In this document: positions 40,946-50,643 of the stretch, piece by piece
How the letters are laid out: each line of letters starts with the position of its first letter
How positions within the stretch are numbered: the first letter of the stretch is position 1
DNA from: an uncultured cyanobacterium
Lineage (GTDB): Bacteria; Cyanobacteriota; Cyanobacteriia; Cyanobacteriales; Nostocaceae
Assembly: GCA_963740315.1 (NCBI GenBank)
Contig: CAVUDP010000002.1
Location: forward strand, 2,752,001 to 2,816,000
Reading direction: 5' to 3'
DNA: 64,000 bases
Made by a program: the position numbers and the translations under genes
The notes under the pieces: generated by a model
Database searches by the model: none
Told to the model about the DNA's origin: nothing
What the model saw: the letters and a program-made list of their open reading frames with translations, nothing else

Positions 40946-43918
40946 ATGTCAATAGATAATGCTGAGAACCTTTTCGGTTCCTCAACATCTTTAGATATTA
41001 CCCAAACGTGGCAAACTATCCAAGATACGTTGAATTTGAATAATACTGACGATTACTACACTTTCACTATTAGCAGTCGCAGTAATTTTAGTCTTGCTTT
41101 AAATGATTTATCAGCTAACGTGGATGTTTTATTACTAGATGATAGCGGTTCAGAAATTGCAGCTTCATCTGCCGATGGTATCAAAAATGAAAATATTAAT
41201 AAGACTTTAGGTATAGGTACATACCATATTCAGGTGCATCAAGTGGATGATGCTATTACCTCTTACAACTTGAAAGTTAAAAACAACTATATACCTCAAT
41301 TTCAATTCGATACAGAGGTAATTGATAGTGGTATTAAGCTTGCAGATACCAAAATTTTTGATGATGATGGCGTAGGTGACATAAAAAAAGTTGATTTTTG
41401 GCTCAAGAAGCAGGGAGGGTATTGGAAAAAATTTGGTACGGTATCTGAATTTAGCAACAATACTGACGGCTCAATTGGTTTCGACTACGAAATCAGCAAT
41501 CTTGAAGAAGGTAAATACTATATATGGGGTAGAGCGACAGATAATTTTGACGCTACAAGTAATGGTTGGGGACAAGCTATTGATGTACTTCAAATTGTTA
41601 ATCCCGAACTTGAGAATGTAGCACCTTCAAACTTAGACTTTACCATCGAGAGTAAGAATGGAGGAATTGAGCTAAGTAATGCAAAAGTATTTGATGCAAA
41701 TGGTGTAGATAACTTAGCAAGAGTTGATTTTCAGCTTAAAGCAGAGGATGGCGAATGGATTGATATTGAAGACGCTCTCAACTTTAGTGAAAACCAGGAT
41801 GGCTCAATTGGGTTTGATTACGGCATCAATAATTTAGCAGCAGGCAATTATGAACTCAGAGCAACAGCTTACGATAAAGCTGGTGCTACGAGTGAAACTT
41901 TAAAAAGTTATTTCCGAGTTAACAACATTAAACCAACAGATTTACGGTTTGAAGTCGAAGTTATTGAACGTGGTTTTCGTCTCACAAATAGCAAAGTATT
42001 TGATGCTAACGGCATAAAGGATCTCAGCAGAGTAGATTTTTGGTTGAAAAAAGAAGGTGGTAATTGGGAAAATATAGAAGATGCGGTTGAATTCCACTAC
42101 AACGAAGATGGTTCGATCGGCTTTGATTACAGCATTGATTCCCTGGAAAAAGGTAATTATATTTTATGGGCTAGAACCCGCGACAATGCAAATAGTTATA
42201 GTAATAGTTGGCAGGAGTCCTTTTCAATCGGTAATGCAGCTCCCAGTCAACTCGACTTTAGTTTCAAGCAAATAAGTGGAGGAATCGAACTCACAAATAC
42301 GAGAATATTTGATGCAGATGGTGTAAAGGATCTAGAAAAAGTTGATTTTCAGATTAAAAAAGAGGGTGGCGAATGGATTGAGATTGAAGACGCTCTCAAC
42401 TTCAGTGAAAACCAGGATGGTTCCATTGGGTTTGATTACAGCATCAACGGTTTAGAACAAGGGGATTATCAACTCAAAGCAATAGCTTCCGATAAAGCTG
42501 GTGAAAGCAGCGAAGCTTTAACAACTTACTTCCAAGTTAAAAATGCTCCACCAACAGATTTCCTATTTGAAATTGAAACTATTGATGATAGCGTGCGCGT
42601 TGTAGATGGCAGAGTATTTGATGCCAACGGTATAGGCAATTTAATTAGAGTTGATTTTTGGTTGCAAAAAGACGATAGAAGTTGGCAAGATATCGCTGAT
42701 GCTGTGGAATTCCGCAGTAATCAAGATGGTACATTCAGCTTTGATTACAGTCTGGATGGAATAGCAGCGGGTGATTACGTATTATGGGCTAGAAGCCGCG
42801 ATAAAGCAGATAGTTACAGTAATGTCTGGCAAAAAGCTTTCCAAATTGTAGATAGATCGCAACCCCAGCAAGATTGGTTCGATCGCAACCTTCAAGATGA
42901 AAGCATACGTAACTTAAGCCGATCGCTATTTTCAGATAATAATTTAGATCGTAACGATGCGATCGCGATTCTCCGCGATGCAAAAGATAACGGTACTGTT
43001 GATGCAACTGAAATTACAGACTTACGTACTTTGGTTGACAATGCTCTGGATTTAGGAATGCCAGATTACGTAAGAGTCTTATCAAGCAAGGTTGTTTACG
43101 GTGACACTGCGAATAAATCGGATAACTTAGAAGCTACAAACAGCAATGTTCAATTAGATAAGTTAATAAATAAGTGGTTTTTAGGAAGCGATCGCCCCGA
43201 AACTTCTCACACCTATAAATATACGCAAGGTTCTCTATTCCAAAATGGAATCAGTCACGATGACATCCGACAAGGCTTTATCAACAACTGCTTCTTCTTA
43301 GCTGGTTTAGCTGCAACTGCCGTACAGTCACCGGAGATTATCGAAAATATGTTCGTAGATAACGCAGATGGTACATTTACCGTCCGTTTCTACAATCGAG
43401 GAGTTGCCGATTACGTAACGGTAGACAGATATTTACCAACCAATAATATAGGTAATTTCGTGTATGCAAACTCAGGCGATAATCATGGAAATGCTAACAA
43501 TGAATTGTGGGTAGCACTCGCAGAAAAAGCTTACGCTCAACTGAATGAATCTGGATGGATTAATCAAGATAATACCAATTCATACAACGGTATTGGTAAT
43601 GCTGGATATTTGAGTGATGCATTCGCACATATTACTGGTGAAAAAGCTGCTTTAGGTCGAATACTCAACTTTGAGAGGGTAATTAATACTTTTAATTCTG
43701 GTGAAGTTGTAGGATTTGGTTCAAAATCTAGTGGAATCCAATCAAATATTGTTGCTGCTCACGCTTACGCTTTGGTAGATTACAATGCTTCGACTCAGAA
43801 ATTCACTTTATTAAATCCTTGGAGTACGGACAATAATGCTTTAAAATCTCGAACTTTAGAATTAAGCTGGGATGAAATTACTAATAATTTTAGTTATTGG
43901 GATTCTACGATTGGCTAA
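40946..43918 (+). CDS. Calpain-like (C2) cysteine protease with a PPC domain and ~5 tandem ~100-aa Ig-like repeats
   Basis: QGFINNCFFLA (Cys), LAEKAYA, AHAYAL (His), LNPW (Asn). Repeats FDANG..DL.RVDFWLK..GSIGFDY. Confidence 0.88.
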   Translation: MSIDNAENLFGSSTSLDITQTWQTIQDTLNLNNTDDYYTFTISSRSNFSLALNDLSANVDVLLLDDSGSEIAASSADGIKNENINKTLGIGTYHIQVHQVDDAITSYNLKVKNNYIPQFQFDTEVIDSGIKLADTKIFDDDGVGDIKKVDFWLKKQGGYWKKFGTVSEFSNNTDGSIGFDYEISNLEEGKYYIWGRATDNFDATSNGWGQAIDVLQIVNPELENVAPSNLDFTIESKNGGIELSNAKVFDANGVDNLARVDFQLKAEDGEWIDIEDALNFSENQDGSIGFDYGINNLAAGNYELRATAYDKAGATSETLKSYFRVNNIKPTDLRFEVEVIERGFRLTNSKVFDANGIKDLSRVDFWLKKEGGNWENIEDAVEFHYNEDGSIGFDYSIDSLEKGNYILWARTRDNANSYSNSWQESFSIGNAAPSQLDFSFKQISGGIELTNTRIFDADGVKDLEKVDFQIKKEGGEWIEIEDALNFSENQDGSIGFDYSINGLEQGDYQLKAIASDKAGESSEALTTYFQVKNAPPTDFLFEIETIDDSVRVVDGRVFDANGIGNLIRVDFWLQKDDRSWQDIADAVEFRSNQDGTFSFDYSLDGIAAGDYVLWARSRDKADSYSNVWQKAFQIVDRSQPQQDWFDRNLQDESIRNLSRSLFSDNNLDRNDAIAILRDAKDNGTVDATEITDLRTLVDNALDLGMPDYVRVLSSKVVYGDTANKSDNLEATNSNVQLDKLINKWFLGSDRPETSHTYKYTQGSLFQNGISHDDIRQGFINNCFFLAGLAATAVQSPEIIENMFVDNADGTFTVRFYNRGVADYVTVDRYLPTNNIGNFVYANSGDNHGNANNELWVALAEKAYAQLNESGWINQDNTNSYNGIGNAGYLSDAFAHITGEKAALGRILNFERVINTFNSGEVVGFGSKSSGIQSNIVAAHAYALVDYNASTQKFTLLNPWSTDNNALKSRTLELSWDEITNNFSYWDSTIG

Positions 43919-44064
43919 TGTGATTTCTACTTAATAAGTAGGGAGTAGGGAGTAGGAAATAGGATACCCATTCTGCAAAGCCGATAAAAAGTTTTGTGGA
44001 ACGGGTATCTGATTTTTTATAAGTATTTTTAATTGTTATATAAATATTACCAGCAATTATCTAT

Positions 44065-44190
44065 TAAGTAAGTCGGCACAAATAAAACCAACTATGTGAG
44101 GGTTGGGTAAATTGGCATCAAAGCCTTGCCCCTACTGCCTACTGCCTATTCCCTTGTTCTGATTAAGATTTGGCTACGCCGATTTACTTA
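44065..44190. mobile_element. MITE-like element
   Basis: TIR TAAGTAAGTCGGC ... GCCGATTTACTTA. Confidence 0.65.
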
Positions 44191-44470
44191 ACAGGAACAA
44201 ATTGATAAAAACAAAAAGCTTAAACTATACTTTTTTATAATTAATTGGAGTTTATATTAAATACTCTCTCATTAACAACTGTTGATTCATCTCAACAAAC
44301 ACTTACAAATAAATAGTGATTGTTAAAAAAATTGCATTTTACAATTTGATTTCATAGTAATTATATTTAATCAGAATATTTTCGCAGCTAAAAGCCTGAA
44401 TTATTTTTCAGACTTTTTATTATTAGTGCTGTCATAAAAATAAAAAATTATCTATTTGAGGTATAAGTTT

Positions 44471-45943
44471 ATGCAAGCAAATTTTAGCGATCGCAATTTT
44501 TCAGAAAGTCAAAATATCACTCCTATCGCCTTGATAGATGAGTTAAATTACGATCTCAAACAAAATAATCTCAGTCTTTTAAATCGTAGTAGTTACTCTC
44601 TTACAGATGATTTAACTGTTAATACCGCCCAAGAATCTGTAATACCTACTTTGGATAACTCCAATGTCACGATTGTAGATAGCAAAATCCAATTAACTTC
44701 CCATAGTGCAAATAACGATACAAATGTTTATGCTTCAGATAATGAACAATATAGTTCTAGAAATGGCTATGGTTTAGCAAATGCAGCAGAAGCGGTAGCA
44801 AAAGTTATTGGAGAAGACACTTTTGAGGATGTTCCCGATAAAGGAGGGAAGGAATGGGGGGCTGATGCTGTAAATGCACCAGAAGCATGGGCAAAAGGAT
44901 ATACGGGTGAAGGCGTGGTAGTTGCGGTGTTGGATACTGGTGTTGACTACAATCATGAGGATTTGAAAAACAATATTTGGACGAATAGCGGCGAAATTGC
45001 GAATAACGGTAGAGATGATGATGGCAATGGTTATGTAGATGATTTCTATGGCTGGAACTTTGACGGTGATAATAACAACACCATAGACGTAGACGGACAC
45101 GGTACCCACGTTTCCGGTACGATCGCCGGAGAAAATAATGGTTTTGGGGTAACTGGTATTGCTTACGATGCTCAAATAATGCCGGTGAAAGTTTTAGATG
45201 ATTTTGGCTCTGGCTTTAACACTGCGGTTGCCGATGGTATTTACTACGCTGTAGATAATGGAGCGGATGTAATTAACCTTTCATTAGGCGGTTCTTTTCC
45301 TAGCCCAGCCGTAGAAGAAGCAGTAAAATACGCCAGCGATCGAGGAATTACCGTGGTGATGGCAGCGGGAAATAGTGGCGGCGAGATGCCTCTTTATCCA
45401 GCTAGCTATGCAGATCGATATGGAATTGCTGTGGGAGCTATAGATGAGGATAAAAATTTGGCTAATTTTTCCAACCGTGCGGGTTCCGATCCTTTGACAT
45501 ACGTTACCGCTCCAGGAGTCGATATTTACTCTACACTTCCAGATAATAAGTATGAATCTTATAGCGGTACATCTATGGCAACTCCACATATTGCAGGGGT
45601 GGTAGCTCTAATGTTAAGTGCCAATCCTAACTTTGATAGTAAGCTGATACGACAGACTCTTGAGGAGACATCGAGCAATAATACTCAAGATACGCCTTTA
45701 ATACCGGATTTTGGCGATTATTTTCCCGGTTTAAGTTTAAGTAAAGGTTTTGAGTCTAATTTCGATCGTGAATATATCACACCAACTAGTACAAGCTTTG
45801 ATTTCAATACTATTGACAAGTCTGCAAATGTATTTTTTGAGTCGCAATTTATTAGCGATCGGCATATAAGAAATCGGGATAACCCTATGTTCAATATTGA
45901 TATTGACATTGAAAGTATGCTTGAAGGTGATTTACTTGGATGA
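44471..45943 (+). CDS. S8 subtilisin-like serine protease
   Basis: VAVLDTGVD, GHGTHVSG, AAGN, SGTSMATPHIAG, DDDGNGYVDD Ca loop. Confidence 0.95.
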   Translation: MQANFSDRNFSESQNITPIALIDELNYDLKQNNLSLLNRSSYSLTDDLTVNTAQESVIPTLDNSNVTIVDSKIQLTSHSANNDTNVYASDNEQYSSRNGYGLANAAEAVAKVIGEDTFEDVPDKGGKEWGADAVNAPEAWAKGYTGEGVVVAVLDTGVDYNHEDLKNNIWTNSGEIANNGRDDDGNGYVDDFYGWNFDGDNNNTIDVDGHGTHVSGTIAGENNGFGVTGIAYDAQIMPVKVLDDFGSGFNTAVADGIYYAVDNGADVINLSLGGSFPSPAVEEAVKYASDRGITVVMAAGNSGGEMPLYPASYADRYGIAVGAIDEDKNLANFSNRAGSDPLTYVTAPGVDIYSTLPDNKYESYSGTSMATPHIAGVVALMLSANPNFDSKLIRQTLEETSSNNTQDTPLIPDFGDYFPGLSLSKGFESNFDREYITPTSTSFDFNTIDKSANVFFESQFISDRHIRNRDNPMFNIDIDIESMLEGDLLG

Positions 45944-46480
45944 TAGAGATTTAGTTAAAGGGAATAAGGAACAAAGGAATTTAGACCTTAACCCCTTTCT
46001 TTTGACGCTGGAAACTTAAAAGTTATTCCGATTAAATCAACCTCTTTTAAAAAAAACATTAATAAAAATAGCTGTATTTTTTTACTTTTTAAGACAATAG
46101 GTAGTGTCAAACTAAAGCTTGTATAAATCTGACATATTGAAGCAATTTCAACAAGTCCAAATATTCCCGGTTTCTTGCTGAATGAACAACGAGATATTCA
46201 TGTTTCTACGAAAATATTCCGGGTTTCTGGCACTGGTGTAAGATGTCAGATAAATTTTAAAAAGTTATATTATTATTTTGATAAGCTACAGTTGATTGCA
46301 AGCATTAATACTGAGTTTTATTTTGAGCTATATGCTATATAGAGCGTACCGAATGAGCAACAGCACAAAGGAATAAATTAAACTCATACTAGTAGGGTAT
46401 TAAGTTAAACAAGCATTTGCTATAAGAATCGGCTACGCTAAATAATTACTACTAAAAAACTTTTCCCCAAAACGCCGCAC

Positions 46481-47473
46481 ATGAATCTACGCTTAGTTGA
46501 GGTTTATCTACCAGAAGAAAAAGGTAAACTATTTGAGGAGTTAGTCGCCGAATATTCTTATGCAGGAATTTGGCAAAAAAAATTAGAAAATAATCAACTA
46601 GAGTTTAAAATATTGCTTTCTTCTGGGGAAGTAGAACCGCTAGTTGATTGTTTAGTTAAGCAGTTTACTCAGGTAGAAGACTTTCGTTTGTTGCTGCTAC
46701 CAGTAGAAGCTTCTTTACCTCGACTTGAATCGTCTGAGAATTCAACTGGTTTACCAGAGGCACCAAGTCGGATTAACCGCGAAGAAATTTACACTAATGT
46801 AGCGTCAAGCGTTCATTTCTCATGGACGCAGATTTCTTTATTATTGCTATCTTCTAGTATTGCTGGTGTTGGTTTGGTACGGGGTAGTGAAGTGGTGATA
46901 ATTGGTGCAATGGTAATCGCACCATTACTGAAACCAAATATGGCATTAGCGGTAGCCATTACCTTGGGAGATTCATCTTTAGCCTTAAAAACTGTAAAAG
47001 TTGGAATAATCGGAATTTTGGTACCGATCGCTTTTTCGATTTTAATCGGTTTGGTGTCTCCTATCAGTCCAGACTTACCAGAAATAGCTATCCGAACCAA
47101 ACTAACTTTACCTGATATTGTTGTTGCTCTTGCTTCGGGTGCTGCTGCGGCTATTTCCTTGACTGCTGGTGAAATTAGTTCGATCGTGGGAGTAATGGTG
47201 TCAGTTGCTTTACTACCACCTTTAGTCACCTGGGGAATGCTGATGGGTTCCGGTGAATGGGAACCCGCATTAGGTGCAATGCTGCTAGTTACAGCCAATA
47301 TTGCCAGCTTAAACCTAGCGGCGATCGCGACTCTTGTACTTCAAGATGTACGCCCAAATGGTTGGCTAAAAAACATCCAAGCAAAAAAGCTGACTCAAAT
47401 AGCAAGTGGTGCTTGGATAGTGCTTCTAGCAGGGTTGATAGGTGTAATTTTTTTCAAGTTTAGAGGAGCTTGA
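46481..47473 (+). CDS. TIGR00341/DUF389 membrane protein
   Basis: VIIGAMVIAPLL, VGVMVSVALLPPL. Confidence 0.88.
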   Translation: MNLRLVEVYLPEEKGKLFEELVAEYSYAGIWQKKLENNQLEFKILLSSGEVEPLVDCLVKQFTQVEDFRLLLLPVEASLPRLESSENSTGLPEAPSRINREEIYTNVASSVHFSWTQISLLLLSSSIAGVGLVRGSEVVIIGAMVIAPLLKPNMALAVAITLGDSSLALKTVKVGIIGILVPIAFSILIGLVSPISPDLPEIAIRTKLTLPDIVVALASGAAAAISLTAGEISSIVGVMVSVALLPPLVTWGMLMGSGEWEPALGAMLLVTANIASLNLAAIATLVLQDVRPNGWLKNIQAKKLTQIASGAWIVLLAGLIGVIFFKFRGA

Positions 47474-47508
47474 CAGTTCACTGCTCACTGTTAACTGTTA
47501 ACTGACAA

Positions 47509-49005
47509 CTATCTGACAGAAAATGCTTCGTTAAACCGTCGCGTAACTGGTTCAACCAAGAATGTTAAAACTGACTTTTTACGAGTCACAATTTCGGCAT
47601 TTGCAACCATTCCGGGTGTAAATCCTACTTTTTCACCACGCACGACTACGGTGTTTTTATTTAACTTGATTGTGGTAGGGAATACCAATCCTAATTTCTC
47701 ATCTACTACCGCATTAGGGCTGACACGCACTACCTCGCCGCTAATGGCACCAAATTCCTGGAAAGGAAAAGTTGCTAATTTAACTTTTGCTTTCATTCCC
47801 TTACTAATAAAACCAATATCGCGGTTGATGACTTTAACTTCTAATAATAATTCTTCTCCTTGAGGTACGATTGAAAGCAACTGTTCTCCTGATTGTACGG
47901 GACCTTTTGTTGCTTTGACATCGTAAACTACTCCCGAAACGGGAGCTTTAATAGTTTCTAATTGTTGTTGTTTTTGAGCTTGCTCTAATTGACCTGTAAT
48001 ATTTGTCAATTCTTCTTTACGCTTGTTGATTTGAGTCAAAATTTCACTTTGACGCTCCGAAGCTAGGCGCTGCGCTTGACTGCTGGCTGCTTCAAATACT
48101 GCTTGTGCTTGGCTAATTTCTTGTTGTTGCGCGGCTAAATCTTTCTCTAAAGATGTAACTTTGTCTTGAGATTCAGTTATTTTATTTTGAGCGTTGACTA
48201 TTTGATCCGCAGCCCTAGTTATTTCAGCATTAGCGCGATTGACTCTATCTTGTGCGTCTAAATAATCGAGTCGCGGTACTGCACCTTGATTGGTTAATCC
48301 GCGTAAACTTTTCTCCCTTTTTTTCGCTAAAGCCACACTACTGTCAACTTGATCGCTAAGTTTTTGAGCATTTTTCTCATTTGTCCTAGCATTTTTTAAA
48401 CTAGTTCTGGCATTAACAAGGTTTTCTTGCAAACGAGTTAAACGTACTTTTGCTTGTTCTACACTCGCTTTTTGACGATTCGCTTCCGCTTCCGCAGCAG
48501 CTTGGCGTGCTTGATAATCTTGCAAACGAGACGCTAAAAGTTCATCTTGCAATTTACTACCTGCTTTTTTACCACCAATACGTTCGGCATCCAAGCGGCG
48601 CAAATCTTCCCGAATCAAATTAGCACTTTTCGCCAAACGAGCAACATCTGCTTGCTGCAAATCCGGATCGCGTTGAATTAATACTTCGCCTTTGTTAACT
48701 GTATCGCCTTCCTTGACATTCACCGCCACAATTGAGCCATTACCCAAAGATGTTACAGGTCTTACCTGTGTCGAAGCAATGATTTTTCCCGGCGCAGTTG
48801 CCACTTCATCTATTTTCGAGAAATGCGCCCAACTAATTGAACCAAACACGATCGCGGTAATAGTTCCCGCTAACAACCTAGTATAAAGCGGCGGTAAATC
48901 TTGTACGGCTTTACCCAACTCATAAGATAATTGTTCGTCAGGCTTAGCAAACTCTTGTTTTGTTCTACGTGCTTGAGATGCATTAGCAGCTAAAGAATAC
49001 TTCAT
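47509..49005 (-). CDS. HlyD-family type I secretion membrane fusion protein
   Basis: Single TM, DEVATAPG, long coiled coil, IKAPVSG, FPFQEFG, PGM...AEIVTRK. Confidence 0.93.
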   Translation of the reverse strand: MKYSLAANASQARRTKQEFAKPDEQLSYELGKAVQDLPPLYTRLLAGTITAIVFGSISWAHFSKIDEVATAPGKIIASTQVRPVTSLGNGSIVAVNVKEGDTVNKGEVLIQRDPDLQQADVARLAKSANLIREDLRRLDAERIGGKKAGSKLQDELLASRLQDYQARQAAAEAEANRQKASVEQAKVRLTRLQENLVNARTSLKNARTNEKNAQKLSDQVDSSVALAKKREKSLRGLTNQGAVPRLDYLDAQDRVNRANAEITRAADQIVNAQNKITESQDKVTSLEKDLAAQQQEISQAQAVFEAASSQAQRLASERQSEILTQINKRKEELTNITGQLEQAQKQQQLETIKAPVSGVVYDVKATKGPVQSGEQLLSIVPQGEELLLEVKVINRDIGFISKGMKAKVKLATFPFQEFGAISGEVVRVSPNAVVDEKLGLVFPTTIKLNKNTVVVRGEKVGFTPGMVANAEIVTRKKSVLTFLVEPVTRRFNEAFSVR

Positions 49006-49292
49006 AATAAATAATTTTAGATTTTGAGAAAAAAGTCAAAGGTAATAAGTAAGAGATAAGAGGGGGAGAGGGGGTAGAGGGGGTAGAGGGGGTAGAAATA
49101 AAAATTCCTAACTCTTAACAATTAGCAACTAACAACTATCAACTAACAACTAACCACTATCAACTAACATCTTAAAAAACTATAAGGGCGTTCTAATTTA
49201 AAACCAAAAATATCTTCTAAGGTTTTGACTTCTTCTGTTGTACAGAACAATCCATTTTCTAGCAAAGTACGGAAAATACCATTATCTTTTCG

Positions 49293-49470
49293 GATTGGGG
49301 ATTGGAGATTGGAGATTGGGGATTGGGAATTGGGGATTGGGGATTGGGGATTGGGAATTGGGGATTGGGGATTGGGGATTGGGAATTGGGAATTGGGGAT
49401 TGGGAATTGGGATTGGGGATGGGGGATTGGGGATGGGGGATTGGGGATTGGGGATTGGGAATTGGGGATT
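49293..49470. repeat. STRR (GGGGATT/GGGAATT)n
   Basis: Tandem heptamers. Confidence 0.95.
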
Positions 49471-49541
49471 AGGAAACTACTAGCGAGCAAGATGCTCGCA
49501 CTACAAATAGAAAAATAACTCTTAACTCCTTTCCTTACTCC

Positions 49542-49671
49542 TAAGCTGATGTGCAGCTAAATTGATTAGCATAGAAACGCCCCTATTAGTGTAGTGCTGC
49601 CTTCGTAGCGTGTCCGCCAGGACATGCATCTTGCTCGCTTGCGATATACAAATTAAATAAGCGACAGCTTA
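49542..49671. mobile_element. MITE-like element
   Basis: TAAGCTG ... CAGCTTA ends with an extended imperfect inverted repeat. Confidence 0.55.
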
Positions 49672-49761
49672 ACTTATTCTCCCCATCCCCTTGTCCCCCT
49701 ATCCCCCCATCTCCCCATCTCCCCATCCCCCCATCCCCCCATCCCCTCATCCCCTCATCTC

Positions 49762-50544
49762 TTAAAACTCCACAATTACCGGGGTATGATCGCTGGGTTG
49801 AGTTAATTTTCTGGGTTCGATGTCTATGGTGCAGCTTTTTGCACGTTCGTATAAGTCGGGTGTGAGATAATGATGATCGATGCGCCAGCCACGGTTACGA
49901 TTAAATGAAGCGGCTCGATAATCCCACCAACTGTAATGTCCGGTTTCTTGCGTGAATTTACGAAATGCATCGGTGAATCCTAAGCTTAAGATATATCGTA
50001 GAGCTTGCCGTTCCGCAACGGAAGACATGATATGATTTTTTGGTTTGGTATTTTCATGAATGTCTTTATCTTCTAAAGCAATATTGAAGTCTCCGCACAT
50101 ACATATATCGGGTGTGGATTGCTGCTGCTTTTGCAAATAATCTCTTAGTATTTTCAACCACTGCAATTTATATTCATACTTTTCGCTACCTATTGAAGAA
50201 CCGTTAGGTACGTAAAGATTTATGATTCTAATGCCATCAATTACACCCGAAATTATTCGCTTTTGATCGTCCCATTTTGAATCTACATCTGACAAAATTG
50301 ATGTGAAACCAACTGAAACATTTTCTAAAGGTTGACGACTGACTATGGCAACACCGTTGTATGATTTTTGCCCGGAAGTATAGAGATGATAGCCTAATTC
50401 TTTAAAAGGTTCTTGGGGAAAAAGTTCATCTACAACTTTAGTTTCTTGCAAACAAAGTACATCAACACCGCTTTCTTTTAACCAATTAATAGCGTGTTCC
50501 AAACGAGTTCTAATTGAGTTGACATTCCAAGTAGCGATTTTCAT
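49762..50544 (-). CDS. xth: Exodeoxyribonuclease III
   Basis: MKIATWNVNSIR, LQETK, YVPNG, GDFNIA, YSWWDYR, WRIDH, SDHTPV. Confidence 0.97.
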   Translation of the reverse strand: MKIATWNVNSIRTRLEHAINWLKESGVDVLCLQETKVVDELFPQEPFKELGYHLYTSGQKSYNGVAIVSRQPLENVSVGFTSILSDVDSKWDDQKRIISGVIDGIRIINLYVPNGSSIGSEKYEYKLQWLKILRDYLQKQQQSTPDICMCGDFNIALEDKDIHENTKPKNHIMSSVAERQALRYILSLGFTDAFRKFTQETGHYSWWDYRAASFNRNRGWRIDHHYLTPDLYERAKSCTIDIEPRKLTQPSDHTPVIVEF

Positions 50545-50643
50545 ATTTAACAGTGAACAGTTAGCAGTGAACAGTTATCAGTTATGAATTTAAAACTATT
50601 TAAAAATATCTCCAATGCCCAATGCCCAATGCCCAATTACCTA

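Noticed and set aside
49164..49518. Three overlapping ORFs (PIPNPQS / GIGDWGL)
   Set aside because: Translations of the heptamer STRR
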